DNA from: Paragordius varius
Lineage: Eukaryota; Animalia; Nematomorpha
DNA: 64,000 bases
Direction: 5' to 3'
Assembly: GCA_964247055.1 (NCBI GenBank)
Contig: OZ176054.1
Span: forward strand, 310,001 to 374,000
The translations under genes and the position numbers were made by a program. Positions 39,650 to 54,200 of the stretch are shown in pieces (the first letter of the stretch is position 1; each line of letters begins with the position of its first letter). Below the pieces are notes generated by a model. That model did not search any database. It was not told the origin of the DNA and worked only from the letters and a program-made list of their open reading frames with translations.

Positions 39650-42600
39650 ATCGGAGTATAAATGTAATTTTTATGAATTTTTTAAATATTTAAAAAATTT
39701 ATTTTATACGATTTTAAAAATAAAAATGGCTACCTAAAATCCAAATTTGATCAGGTGATGTCACTATAATTTTTTTGGGTAGCCCTATGGTAGTTCCATC
39801 ATCACCCCAAATACTTTGGGGATCGGACTATAAATGTAATTTTTATGAATTTTTTTAATATTTAAAAAATTTATTTTATACGATTTTAAAAATAAAAATG
39901 GCTACCTAAAATCCAAATTTGATCAGGTGATGTCACCATAATTTTTTTTGGGTAGCCCTATGGTAGTTCCATCATCACCCCAAATATTTTCGAGATCGGA
40001 GTATAAATGTAATTTTTATGAATTTTTTAAATATTTAAAAAATTTATTTTATACGATTTTAAAAATAAAGATGGCTACCTAAAATCCAAATTTGATCAGG
40101 TGATGTCACCATAATTTTTTTTGGGTAGCCCTATGGTAGTTCCATCATCACCCCAAATATTGTCGAGATCGGAGTATAAATGTAATTTTTATGAATTTTT
40201 TAAATATTTAAAAAATTTATTTTATACGATTTTAAAAATAAAAATGGCTACCTAAAATCCAAATTTGATCAGGTGATGTCACTATAATTTTTTTGGGTAG
40301 CCCTATGGTAGTTCCATCATCACCCCAAATACTTTGGGGATCGAACTATAAATGTAATTTTTATGAATTTTTTTAATATTTAAAAAATTTATTTTATACG
40401 ATTTTAAAAATAAAAATGGCTATTTAAAATCCAAATTTGATCAGGTGATGTCACCATAATTTTTTTTGGGTAGCCCTATGGTAGTTCCATCATCACCCCA
40501 AATATTTTCGAGATCGGATTATAAATGTAATTTTTATGAATTTTTTAAATATTTAAAAAATTTATTTTATACGATTTTAAAAATAAAGATGGCTACCTAA
40601 AATCCAAATTTGATCAGGTGATGTCACCATAATTTTTTTTGGGTAGCCCTATGGTAGTTCCATCATCACCCCAAATATTGTCGAGATCGGAGAATAAATG
40701 TAATTTTTTTGAATTTTTTAAATATTTAATAAATTTATTTTATACGATTTTAAAAATAAAAATGGCTACCTAAAATCCAAATTTGATCAGGTGATGTCGC
40801 CATAATTTTTTTTGGGTAGCCCTATGGTAGTTCCATCATCACCCCAAATATTTTCGAGATCGGAGTATAAATGTAATTTTTATGAATTTTTTAAATATTT
40901 AAAAAATTTATTTTATACGATTTTAAAAATAAAAATGGCTACCTAAAATCCAAATTTGATCAGGTGATGTCACCATAATTTTTTTTGGGTAGCCCTATGG
41001 TAGTTCCATCATCACCCCAAATATTTTCGAGATCGGAGTTTAAATGTAATTTTTATGAATTTTTTAAATATTTAAAAAATTTATTTTATACGATTTTAAA
41101 AATAAAAATGGCTACCTAAAATCCAAATTTGATCAGGTGATGTCACCATAATTTTTTTTGGGTAGCCCTATGGTAGTTCCATCATCACCCCAAATATTTT
41201 CGAGATCGGAGTATAAATGTAATTTTTTTGAATTTTTTAAATATTTAAAAAATTTATTTTATACGATTTTAAAAATAAAAATGGCTACCTAAAATCCAAA
41301 TTTGATCAGGTGATATCGCCATAATTTTTTTTGGGTAGTTCTATGGTAGTTCCATCATCACATTAAATATTTTGGGGATCGGACTATAAATGTAATTTTT
41401 ATGAAGTTTTTAAATATTTAAAATATTATTTTATACGATTTTAAAAATAAAAATGGCTACCTAAAATCCAAATTTGATCAGGTGATGTCACCATAATTTT
41501 TTTTGGGTAGCCCTATGGTAGTTCCATCATCACGCCAAATATTGTCGAGATCGGAGTATAAATGTAATTTTTTTGAATTTTTTAAATATTTAAAAAATTT
41601 ATTTTATACGATTTTAAAAATAAAAATGGCTACCTAAAATCCAAATTTGATCAGGTGATGTCGCCATAATTTTTTTTGGGTAGTTCTATGGTAGTTCCAT
41701 CATCACATTAAATATTTTGGGGATCGGACTATAAATGTAATTTTTATGAAGTTTTTAAATATTTAAAAATTTTTTTTATACGATTTTAAAAATAAAAATG
41801 GCTACGTAAAATCCAAATTTGATCAGGTGATGTCACCATAATTTTTTTTGGGTAGCCCTATGGTAGTTCCATCATCACCCCAAATATTTTCGAGATCGGA
41901 GTATAAATGTAATTTTTATGAATTTTTTAAATATTTAAAAAATTTATTTTATACGATTTTAAAAATAAAAATGGCTACCTAAAATCCAAATTTGATCAGG
42001 TGATGTCACTATAATTTTTTTGGGTAGCCCTATGGTAGTTCCATCATCACCCCAAATACTTTGGGGATCGGACTATAAATGTAATTTTTATGAATTTTTT
42101 TAATATTTAAAAAATTTATTTTATACGATTTTAAAAATAAAAATGGCTACCTAAAATCCAAATTTGATCAGGTGATGTCACCATAATTTTTTTTGGGTAG
42201 CCCTATGGTAGTTCCATCATCACCCCAAATATTTTCGAGATCGGAGTATAAATGTAATTTTTATGAATTTTTTAAATATTTAAAAAATTTATTTTATACG
42301 ATTTTAAAAATAAAGATGGCTACCTAAAATCCAAATTTGATCAGGTGATGTCACCATAATTTTTTTTGGGTAGCCCTATGGTAGTTCCATCATCACCCCA
42401 AATATTGTCGAGATCGGAGTATAAATGTAATTTTTATGAATTTTTTAAATATTTAAAAAATTTATTTTATACGATTTTAAAAATAAAAATGGCTACCTAA
42501 AATCCAAATTTGATCAGGTGATGTCACTATAATTTTTTTGGGTAGCCCTATGGTAGTTCCATCATCACCCCAAATACTTTGGGGATCGAACTATAAATGT

Positions 42601-44140
42601 AATTTTTATGAATTTTTTTAATATTTAAAAAATTTATTTTATACGATTTTAAAAATAAAAATGGCTATTTAAAATCCAAATTTGATCAGGTGATGTCACC
42701 ATAATTTTTTTTGGGTAGCCCTATGGTAGTTCCATCATCACCCCAAATATTTTCGAGATCGGATTATAAATGTAATTTTTATGAATTTTTTAAATATTTA
42801 AAAAATTTATTTTATACGATTTTAAAAATAAAGATGGCTACCTAAAATCCAAATTTGATCAGGTGATGTCACCATAATTTTTTTTGGGTAGCCCTATGGT
42901 AGTTCCATCATCACCCCAAATATTGTCGAGATCGGAGAATAAATGTAATTTTTTTGAATTTTTTAAATATTTAATAAATTTATTTTATACGATTTTAAAA
43001 ATAAAAATGGCTACCTAAAATCCAAATTTGATCAGGTGATGTCGCCATAATTTTTTTTGGGTAGCCCTATGGTAGTTCCATCATCACCCCAAATATTTTT
43101 GAGATCGGTGTATAAATGTAATTTTTATGAATTTTTTAAATATTTAAAAAATTTATTTTATACGATTTTAAAAATAAAAATGGCTACCTAAAATCCAAAT
43201 TTGATCAGGTGATGTCACCATAATTTTTTTTGGGTAGCCCTATGGTAGTTCCATCATCACCCCAAATATTTTCGAGATCGGAGTTTAAATGTAATTTTTA
43301 TGAATTTTTTAAATATTTAAAAAATTTATTTTATACGATTTTAAAAATAAAAATGGCTACCTAAAATCCAAATTTGATCAGGTGATGTCACCATAATTTT
43401 TTTTGGGTAGCCCTATGGTAGTTCCATCATCACCCCAAATATTTTCGAGATCGGAGTATAAATGTAATTTTTTTGAATTTTTTAAATATTTAAAAAATTT
43501 ATTTTATACGATTTTAAAAATAAAAATGGCTACCTAAAATCCAAATTTGATCAGGTGATATCGCCATAATTTTTTTTGGGTAGTTCTATGGTAGTTCCAT
43601 CATCACATTAAATATTTTGGGGATCGGACTATAAATGTAATTTTTATGAAGTTTTTAAATATTTAAAATATTATTTTATACGATTTTAAAAATAAAAATG
43701 GCTACCTAAAATCCAAATTTGATCAGGTGATGTCACCATAATTTTTTTTGGGTAGCCCTATGGTAGTTCCATCATCACCCCAAATATTGTCGAGATCGGA
43801 GTATAAATGTAATTTTTTTGAATTTTTTAAATATTTAAAAAATTTATTTTATACGATTTTAAAAATAAAAATGGCTACCTAAAATCCAAATTTGATCAGG
43901 TGATGTCGCCATAATTTTTTTTGGGTAGTTCTATGGTAGTTCCATCATCACATTAAATATTTTGGGGATCGGACTATAAATGTAATTTTTATGAAGTTTT
44001 TAAATATTTAAAAAATTTATTTTATACGATTTTAAAAATAAAAATGGCTACGTAAAATCCAAATTTGATCAGGTGATGTCACCATAATTTTTTTTGGGTA
44101 GCCCTATGGTAGTTCCATCATCACCCCAAATATTTTCGAG
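39650..44140. repeat. 13-monomer tandem duplication, period 2245 bp
   Basis: TAAAGATGG 40070/42315, TCGAACTA 40341/42586, GCTATTTAAAA 40421/42666, TGATATCGCC 41311/43556, CTACGT 41805/44051. Confidence 0.92.
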
Positions 44141-46200
44141 ATCGGAGTATAAATATAACTTTTATGAATTTTTTAAATATTTAAAAAATTTATTTTATAC
44201 GATTTTAAAAATAAAAATGGCTACCTAAAATCCAAATTTGATCAGGTGATGTCACCATAATTTTTTTTGGGTAGCCCTATGGTAGTTCCATCATCACCCC
44301 AAATATTTTCGAGATCGGAGTATAAATATAACTTTTATGAATTTTTTAAATATTTAAAAAATTTATTTTATACGATTTTAAAAATAAAAATGGCTACCTA
44401 AAATCCAAATTTGATCAGGTGATGTCACCATAATTTTTTTTGGGTAGCCCTATGGTAGTTCCATCATCACAAATATTTTCGAGATCGGAGTATAAATATA
44501 ACTTTTATGAATTTTTTAAATATTTAAAAAATTTATTTTATACGATTTTAAAAATAAAAATGGCTACCCAAAATCCAAATTTGATCAGGTGATGTCACCA
44601 TAATTTTTTTTGGGTAGCCCTATGGTAGTTCCATCATCACCCCAAATATTTTCGAGATCGGAGTATAAATATAATTTTTATGAATTTTTTAAATATTTAA
44701 AAAATTTATTTTATACGATTTTAAAAATAAAAATGGCTACCTAAAATCCAAATTTGATCAGGTGATGTCACCATAATTTTTTTTGGGTAGCCCTATGGTA
44801 GTTCCATCATCACCCCAAATATTTTCGAGATCGGAGTATAAATGTAATTTTTTTGAATTTTTTAAATATTTAAAAAATTTATTTTATACGATTTTAAAAA
44901 TAAAAATGGCTACCTAAAATCCAAATTTGATCAGGTGATATCGCCATAATTTTTTTTGGGTAGTTCTATGGTAGTTCCATCATCACATTAAATATTTTGG
45001 GGATCGGACTATAAATGTAATTTTTATGAAGTTTTTAAATATTTAAAATATTATTTTATACGATTTTAAAAATAAAAATGGCTACCTAAAATCCAAATTT
45101 GATCAGGTGATGTCACCATAATTTTTTTTGGGTAGCCCTATGGTAGTTCCATCATCACCCCAAATATTGTCGAGATCGGAGTATAAATGTAATTTTTTTG
45201 AATTTTTTAAATATTTAAAAAATTTATTTTATACGATTTTAAAAATAAAAATGGCTACCTAAAATCCAAATTTGATCAGGTGATGTCGCCATAATTTTTT
45301 TTGGGTAGTTCTATGGTAGTTCCATCATCACATTAAATATTTTGGGGATCGGACTATAAATGTAATTTTTATGAAGTTTTTAAATATTTAAAAAATTTAT
45401 TTTATACGATTTTAAAAATAAAAATGGCTACGTAAAATCCAAATTTGATCAGGTGATGTCACCATAATTTTTTTTGGGTAGCCCTATGGTAGTTCCATCA
45501 TCACCCCAAATATTTTCGAGATCGGAGTATAAATATAACTTTTATGAATTTTTTAAATATTTAAAAAATTTATTTTATACGATTTTAAAAATAAAAATGG
45601 CTACCTAAAATCCAAATTTGATCAGGTGATGTCACCATAATTTTTTTTGGGTAGCCCTATGGTAGTTCCATCATCACCCCAAATATTTTCGAGATCGGAG
45701 TATAAATATAACTTTTATGAATTTTTTAAATATTTAAAAAATTTATTTTATACGATTTTAAAAATAAAAATGGCTACCTAAAATCCAAATTTGATCAGGT
45801 GATGTCACCATAATTTTTTTTGGGTAGCCCTATGGTAGTTCCATCATCACAAATATTTTCGAGATCGGAGTATAAATATAACTTTTATGAATTTTTTAAA
45901 TATTTAAAAAATTTATTTTATACGATTTTAAAAATAAAAATGGCTACCCAAAATCCAAATTTGATCAGGTGATGTCACCATAATTTTTTTTGGGTAGCCC
46001 TATGGTAGTTCCATCATCACCCCAAATATTTTCGAGATCGGAGTATAAATATAATTTTTATGAATTTTTTAAATATTTAAAAAATTTATTTTATACGATT
46101 TTAAAAATAAAAATGGCTACCTAAAATCCAAATTTGATCAGGTGATGTCACCATAATTTTTTTTGGGTAGCCCTATGGTAGTTCCATCATCACCCCAAAT
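43300..46200. repeat. 8-monomer tandem duplication, period 1380 bp, overlapping the second 13-mer copy
   Basis: TGATATCG 43556/44936, CGTAAAATCC 44051/45431, CATCAC|AAAT 44461/45841, GCTACCCA 44561/45941. Confidence 0.92.
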
Positions 46201-46599
46201 ATTTTCGAGATCGGAGTATAAATGTAATTTTTATGAATTTTTTAAATATTAAAAAAATTTATTTTATACGATTTTAAAAATAAAAATGGCTACCTAAAAT
46301 CCAAATTTGATCAGGTGATGTCACCATAATTTTTTTGGGTAGCCCTATGGTAGTTCCATCATCACCCCAAATATTGTCGAGATCGGAGTATAAATGTAAT
46401 TTTTTTGAATTTTTTAAATATTTAAAAAATTTATTTTATACGATTTTAAAAATAAAAATGGCTACCTAAAATCCAAATTTGATCAGGTGATGTCACCATA
46501 ATTTTTTTTGGGTAGCCCTATGGTAGTTCCATCATCACCACAAATATTGTCGAGATCGGAGTATAAATGTAATTTTTTTGAATTTTTTAAATATTTAAA

Positions 46600-49000
46600 A
46601 AATTTATTTTATACGATTTTAAAAATAAAAATGGCTACCTAAAATCTAAATTTGATCAGGTGATGTCACCATATTTTTTTTTGGGTAGCCCTATGGTAGT
46701 TCCATCATAACCCCAAATATTTTTGAGATCGGACTTTAAATGTAATTTTTTTGAATTTTTTAAATATTTAAAAAATTTATTTTATACGATTTTAAAAATA
46801 TAAATGGCTACCTAAAATCCAAATTTGATCAGGTGATGTCACCATAATTTTTTTGGGTAGCCCTATGGTAGTTCCATTATCACCTCAAATATTTCCGAGA
46901 TCGGAGTATAAATGTAATTTTTATGAATTTTTTAAATATTTAAAAAATTTATTTTATACGATTTTAAAAATAAAAATGGCTACCTAAAATCCAAATTTGA
47001 TCAGGTGATGTCACCATAATTTTTTTTGGGTAGCCCTATGGTAGTTCCATCATCACCCCAAATATTTTGGGGATCGGACTATAAATATAATTTTTATGAA
47101 TTTTTTAAATATTTAAAAAATTTATTTTATACGATTTTAAAAATAAAAATGGCTACCTAAAATCCAAATTTGATCAGGTGATGTCACCATAATTTTTTTT
47201 GGGTAGCCCTATGGTAGTTCCATCATCACCCCAAATATTTTGGGGATCGGACTATAAATGTAATTTTTATGAATTTTTTAAATATTTAAAAATTTATTTT
47301 ATACGATTTTAAAAATAAAAATGGCTACCTAAAACCCAAATTTGATCAGGTGATGTCGCCATAATTTTTTTTGGGTAGCCCTATGGTAGTTCCATCATCA
47401 CCCCAAATATTTTCGAGATCGGAATATAAATGTAATTTTTATGAATTTTTTAAATATTTAAAAAATTTATTTTATACGATTTTAAAAATAAAAATGGCTA
47501 CCTAAAATGATCAGGTGATGTCACTATAATTTTTTTGGGTAGCCCTATGGTAGTTCCATCATCACCCTAAATTTTTGGGGATCGGACTATAAATGTAATT
47601 TTTATGAATTTTTTAAATATTTAAAAAATTTATTTTATACGATTTTAAAAATAAAAATGGCTACCTAAAATCCAAATTTGATCAGGTGATGTCACCATAA
47701 TTTTTTTTGGGTAGCCCTATGGTAGTTCCATCATAACCCCAAATATTTTTGGGATCGGACTTTAAATGTAATTTTTATGAATTTTTTAAATATTTAAAAA
47801 ATTTATTTTATACGATTTTAAAAATAAAAATGGCTACCTAAAATCTAAATTTGATCAGGTGATGTCACCATATTTTTTTTTGGGTAGCCCTATGGTAGTT
47901 CCATCATAACCCCAAATATTTTTGAGATCGGACTTTAAATGTAATTTTTTTGAATTTTTTAAATATTTAAAAAATTTATTTTATACGATTTTAAAAATAT
48001 AAATGGCTACCTAAAATCCAAATTTGATCAGGTGATGTCACCATAATTTTTTTGGGTAGCCCTATGGTAGTTCCATTATCACCTCAAATATTTCCGAGAT
48101 CGGAGTATAAATGTAATTTTTATGAATTTTTTAAATATTTAAAAAATTTATTTTATACGATTTTAAAAATAAAAATGGCTACCTAAAATCCAAATTTGAT
48201 CAGGTGATGTCACCATAATTTTTTTTGGGTAGCCCTATGGTAGTTCCATCATCACCCCAAATATTTTGGGGATCGGACTATAAATATAATTTTTATGAAT
48301 TTTTTAAATATTTAAAAAATTTATTTTATACGATTTTAAAAATAAAAATGGCTACCTAAAATCCAAATTTGATCAGGTGATGTCACCATAATTTTTTTTG
48401 GGTAGCCCTATGGTAGTTCCATCATCACCCCAAATATTTTGGGGATCGGACTATAAATGTAATTTTTATGAATTTTTTAAATATTTAAAAATTTATTTTA
48501 TACGATTTTAAAAATAAAAATGGCTACCTAAAACCCAAATTTGATCAGGTGATGTCGCCATAATTTTTTTTGGGTAGCCCTATGGTAGTTCCATCATCAC
48601 CCCAAATATTTTCGAGATCGGAATATAAATGTAATTTTTATGAATTTTTTAAATATTTAAAAAATTTATTTTATACGATTTTAAAAATAAAAATGGCTAC
48701 CTAAAATGATCAGGTGATGTCACTATAATTTTTTTGGGTAGCCCTATGGTAGTTCCATCATCACCCTAAATTTTTGGGGATCGGACTATAAATGTAATTT
48801 TTATGAATTTTTTAAATATTTAAAAAATTTATTTTATACGATTTTAAAAATAAAAATGGCTACCTAAAATCCAAATTTGATCAGGTGATGTCACCATAAT
48901 TTTTTTTGGGTAGCCCTATGGTAGTTCCATCATAACCCCAAATATTTTTGGGATCGGACTTTAAATGTAATTTTTATGAATTTTTTAAATATTTAAAAAA
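46600..49000. repeat. 7-monomer tandem duplication, period 1199 bp
   Basis: AAAATCTAAA 46641/47840, CACCTCAAATATTTCC 46881/48080, AAAACCCAAA 47331/48530, 8-bp deletion CCTAAAAT|GATC 47501/48700. Confidence 0.92.
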
Positions 49001-51249
49001 TTTATTTTATACGATTTTAAAAATAAAAATGGCTACCTAAAATCCAAATTTGATCAGGTGATGTCACCATAATTTTTTTTAGGTAGCCCTATGGTAGTTC
49101 CATCATCACCCCAAATATTGTCGAGATCGGAGTATAAATGTAATTTTTTTGAATTTTTTAAATATTTAAAAAATTTATTTTATACGATTTTAAAAATAAA
49201 AATGGCTACCTAAAATCCAAATTTGATCAGGTGATGTCGCCATAATTTTTTTTGCGTAGCCCTATGGTAGTTCCATCATCACCCCAAATATTTTGGGGAT
49301 CGGACTATAAATGTAATTTTTATGAATTTTTTAAATATTTAAAAAATTTATTTTATACGATTTTAAAAATAAAAATGGCTACCTTAAATCCAAATTTGAT
49401 CAGGTGATGTCACCATAATTTTTTTTGGGTAGCCCTATGGTAGTTCCATCATAACCCCAAATATTTTTGGGATCGGACTTTAAATGTAATTTTTATGAAT
49501 TTTTTAAATATTTAAAAAATTTATTTTATACGATTTTAAAAATAAAAATGGCTACCTAAAATCCAAATTTGATCAGGTGATGTCACTATAATTTTTTTGG
49601 GTAGCCCTATGGTAGTTCCATCATCACCCCAAATATTTTCGAGATCGGAGTATAAATGTAATTTTTATGAATTTTTTAAATATTTAAAAAATTTATTTTA
49701 TACGATTTTAAAAATAAAAATGGCTACCTAAAATCCAAATTCGATCAGGTGATGTCACCATAATTTTTTTTGGGTAGCCCTATGGTAGTTCCATCATCAC
49801 CCCAAATATTTTCGAGATCGGAGTATAAATGTAATTTTTATGAATTTTTTAAATATTTAAAAAATTTATTTTATACGATTTTAAAAATAAAAATGGCTAC
49901 CTAAAATCCAAATTTGATCAGGTGATGTCACTATAATTTTTTTGGGTAGCCCTATGGTAGTTCCATCATCACCCCAAATACTTTGGGGATCGGACTATAA
50001 ATGTAATTTTTATGAATTTTTTTAATATTTAAAAAATTTATTTTATACGATTTTAAAAATAAAAATGGCCTAAAATCCAAATTTGATCAGGTGATGTCAC
50101 CATAATTTTTTTTGGGTAGCCCTATGGTAGTTCCATCATCACCCCAAATATTTTCGAGATCGGAGTATAAATGTAATTTTTATGAATTTTTTAAATATTT
50201 AAAAAATTTATTTTATACGATTTTAAAAATAAAAATGGCTACCTAAAATCCAAATTTGATCAGGTGATGTCACTATAATTTTTTTGGGTAGCCCTATGGT
50301 AGTTCCATCATCACCCCAAATATTTTCGAGATCGGAGTATAAATGTAATTTTTATGAATTTTTTAAATATTTAAAAAATTTATTTTATACGATTTTAAAA
50401 ATAAAAATGGCTACCTAAAATCCAAATTTGATCAGGTGATGTCACCATAATTTTTTTTGGGTAGCCCTATGGTAGTTCCATCATAACCCCAAATATTTTT
50501 GGGATCGGACTTTAAATATAATTTTTATGAATTTTTTAAATATTTAAAAAATTTATTTTATACGATTTTAAAAATAAAAATGGCTACCTAAAATCCAAAT
50601 TTGATCAGATGATGTCACTATAATTTTTTTGGGTAGCCCTATGGTAGTTCCATCATAACCCCAAATATTTTGGGGATCGGACTATAAATGTAATTTTTAT
50701 GAATTTTTTAAATATTTAAAAAATTTATTTTATACGATTTTAAAAATAAAAATGGCTACCTAAAATCCAAATTTGATCAGGTGATGTCACCATAATTTTT
50801 TTTGGGTAGCCCTATGGTAGTTCCATCATCACCCCAAATATTTTCGAGATCGCAGTATAAATGTAATTTTTATGAATTTTTTAAATATTTAAAAAATTTA
50901 TTTTATACGATTTTAAAAATAAAAATGGCTACCTAAAATCCAAATTTGATCAGGTGATGTCACTATAATTTTTTTTGGGTAGCCCTATGTTAGTTCCATC
51001 ATCACCCCAAATATTTTCGAGATCGGAGTATAAATGTAATTTTTATGAATTTTTTAAATATTTAAAAAATTTATTTTATACGATTTTAAAAATAAAAATG
51101 GCTACCTAAAATCCAAATTTGATCAGGTGATGTCACCATAATTTTTTTGGGTAGCCCTATGGTAGTTCCATCATCACCCCAAATATTTTCGAGATCGGAG
51201 TATAAATGTAATTTTTATGAATTTTTTAAATATTTAAAAAATTTATTTT

Positions 51250-54200
51250 ATACGATTTTAAAAATAAAAATGGCTACCTAAAATCCAAATTTGATCAGGT
51301 GATGTCACCATAATTTTTTTTGGGTAGCCCTATGGTAGTTCCATCATCACCCCAATTATTGTCGAGATCGGAGTATAAATGTAATTTTTATGAATTTTTT
51401 AAATATTTAAAAAATTTATTTTATACGATTTTAAAAATAAAAATGGCTACCTAAAATCCAAATTTGATCAGGTGATGTCGCCATAATTTTTTTTGGGTAG
51501 CCCTATGGTAGTTCCATCATCACCCCAAATATTTTCGAGATCGGAGTATAAATGTAATTTTTATGAATTTTTTAAATATTTAAAAAATTTATTTTATACG
51601 ATCTTAAAAATAAAAATGGCTACCTAAAATCCAAATTTGATCAGATGATGTCGCCATAATTTTTTTTGGGTAGCCCTATGGTAGTTACATCATCACCCCA
51701 AATATTTTCGAGATCGGAGTATAAATGTAATTTTTATGAATTTTTTAAATATTTAAAAAATTTATTTTATACGATTTTAAAAATAAAAATGGCTACCTAA
51801 AATCCAAATTTGATCAGGTGATGTTACCATAATTTTTTTTGGGTAGCCCTATGGTAGTTCCATCATCACCCCAAATATTTTCGAGATCGGAGTATAAATG
51901 TAATTTTTATGAATTTTTTAAATATTTAAAAAATTTATTTTATACGATTTTAAAAATAAAAATGGCTACCTAAAATCCAAATTTGATCAGGTGATGTCAC
52001 CATAATTTTTTTTGGGTAGCCCTATGGTAGTTCCATCATCACCCCAAATATTTTCGAGATCGGAGTATAAATGTAATTTTTATGAATTTTTTAAATATTA
52101 AAAAAATTTATTTTATACGATTTTAAAAACAAAAATGGCTACCTAAAATCCAAATTTGATCAGGTGATGTCACCATAATTTTTTTTGGGTAGCCCTATGT
52201 TAGTTCCATCCTCACCCCAAATATTTTCGAGATCGGAGTATAAATGTAATTTTTATGAATTTTTTAAATATTTAAAAAATTTATTTTATACGATTTTAAA
52301 AATAAAAATGGCTACCTAAAATCCAAATTGGATCAGGTGATGTCACCATAATTTTTTTTGGGTAGCCCTATAGTAGTTCCATCATCACCCCAAATATTTT
52401 CGAGATCGGAGTATAAATGTAATTTTTATGAATTTTTTAAATATTTAAAAAATTTATTTTATACGATTTTAAAAATAAAAATGGCTACCTAAAATCCAAA
52501 TTTGATCAGGTGATGTCACCATAATTTTTTTTGGGTAGCCCTATGGTAGTTCCATCATCACCCCAAATATTTTCGAGATCGGAGTATAAATGTAATTTTT
52601 ATGAATTTTTTAAATATTTAAAAAATTTATTTTATACGATTTTAAAAATAAAAATGGCTACCTAAAATCCAAATTTGATCAGGTGATGTCACCATAATTT
52701 TTTTTGGGTAGCCCTATGGTAGTTCCATCATCACCCCAAATATTTTCGAGATCGGAGTATAAATGTAATTTTTATGAATTTTTTAAATATTTAAAAAATT
52801 TATTTTATATGATTTTAAAAATAAAAATGGCTACCTAAAATCCAAATTTGATCAGGTGATGTCACTATAATTTTTTTGGGTAGCCCTATGGTAGTTCCAT
52901 CATCACCCCAAATATTTTCGAGATCGGAGTATAAATGTAATTTTTATGAATTTTTTAAATATTTAAAAAATTTATTTTATACGATTTTAAAAATAAAAAT
53001 GGCTACCTAAAATCCAAATTTGATCAGGTGATGTTACCATAATTTTTTTTGGGTAGCCCTATGGTAGTTCCATCATCACCCCAAATATTTTCGAGATCGG
53101 AGTATAAATGTAATTTTTATGAATTTTTTAAATATTTAAAAAATTTATTTTATACGATTTTAAAAATAAAAATGGCTACCTAAAATCCAAATTTGATCAG
53201 GTGATGTCACCATAATTTTTTTTGGGTAGCCCTATGGTAGTTCCATCATCACCCCAAATATTGTCGAGATCAAAGTATAAATGTAATTTTTTTGAATTTT
53301 TTAAATATTTAAAAAATTTATTTTATACGATTTTAAAAATAAAAATGGCTACCTAAAATCCAAATTTGATCAGGTGATGTTACCATAATTTTTTTTGGGT
53401 AGCCCTATGTTCCATCATCACCCCAAATATTTTCGAGATCGGAGTATAAATGTAATTTTTAAATATTTAAAAAATTTATTTTATACGATTTTAAAAATAA
53501 AAATGGCTACCTAAAATCCAAATTTGATCAGGTCATGTCACCATAATTTTTTTTTGGTAGCCCTATGGTAGTTCCATCATCACCCCAAATATTTTCGAGA
53601 TCGGAGTATAAATGTAATTTTTATGAATTTTTTAAATATTTAAAAAATTTATTTTATACGATTTTAAAAATAAAAATGGCTACCTAAAATCCAAATTTGA
53701 TCAGGTGATGTCACCATAATTTTTTTTGGGTAGCCCTATGATAATTCCATCATCACCCCAAATATTTTCGAGATCGGAGTATAAATGTAATTTTTATGAA
53801 TTTTTTAAATATTTAAAAAATTTATTTTATACGATTTTAAAAATAAAAATGGCTACCTAAAATCCAAATTTGATCAGGTGATGTCGCCATAATTTTTTTG
53901 CGTAGCCCTATGGTAGTTCCATCATCACCCCAAATATTTTCGAGATCGGAGTATAAATGTTTTATGAATTTTTTAAATATTTAAAAAATTTATTTTATAC
54001 GATTTTAAAAATAAAAATGGCTACCTAAAATCTAAATTTGATCAGGTGATGTCGCCATAATTTTTTTGGGTAGCCCTATGGTAGTTCCATCATCACCCCA
54101 AATATTTTCGAGATCGGAGTATAAATGTAATTTTTATGAATTTTTTAAATATTTAAAAAATTTATTTTATACGATTTTAAAAATAAAAATGGCTACCTAA

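Larger units (their letters stand above)
33200..50750. repeat. Long-range ~7-monomer duplication: ~33200-34420 and ~49530-50750 (offset ~16327 bp)
   Basis: AATGGCCTAAAA deletion 33741/50068, CAGATGATG 34281/50609, plus AATTCGA, ATACTTTGGG, TTTTTTAATA and ACTTTAAATATA in the same order. Confidence 0.88.
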
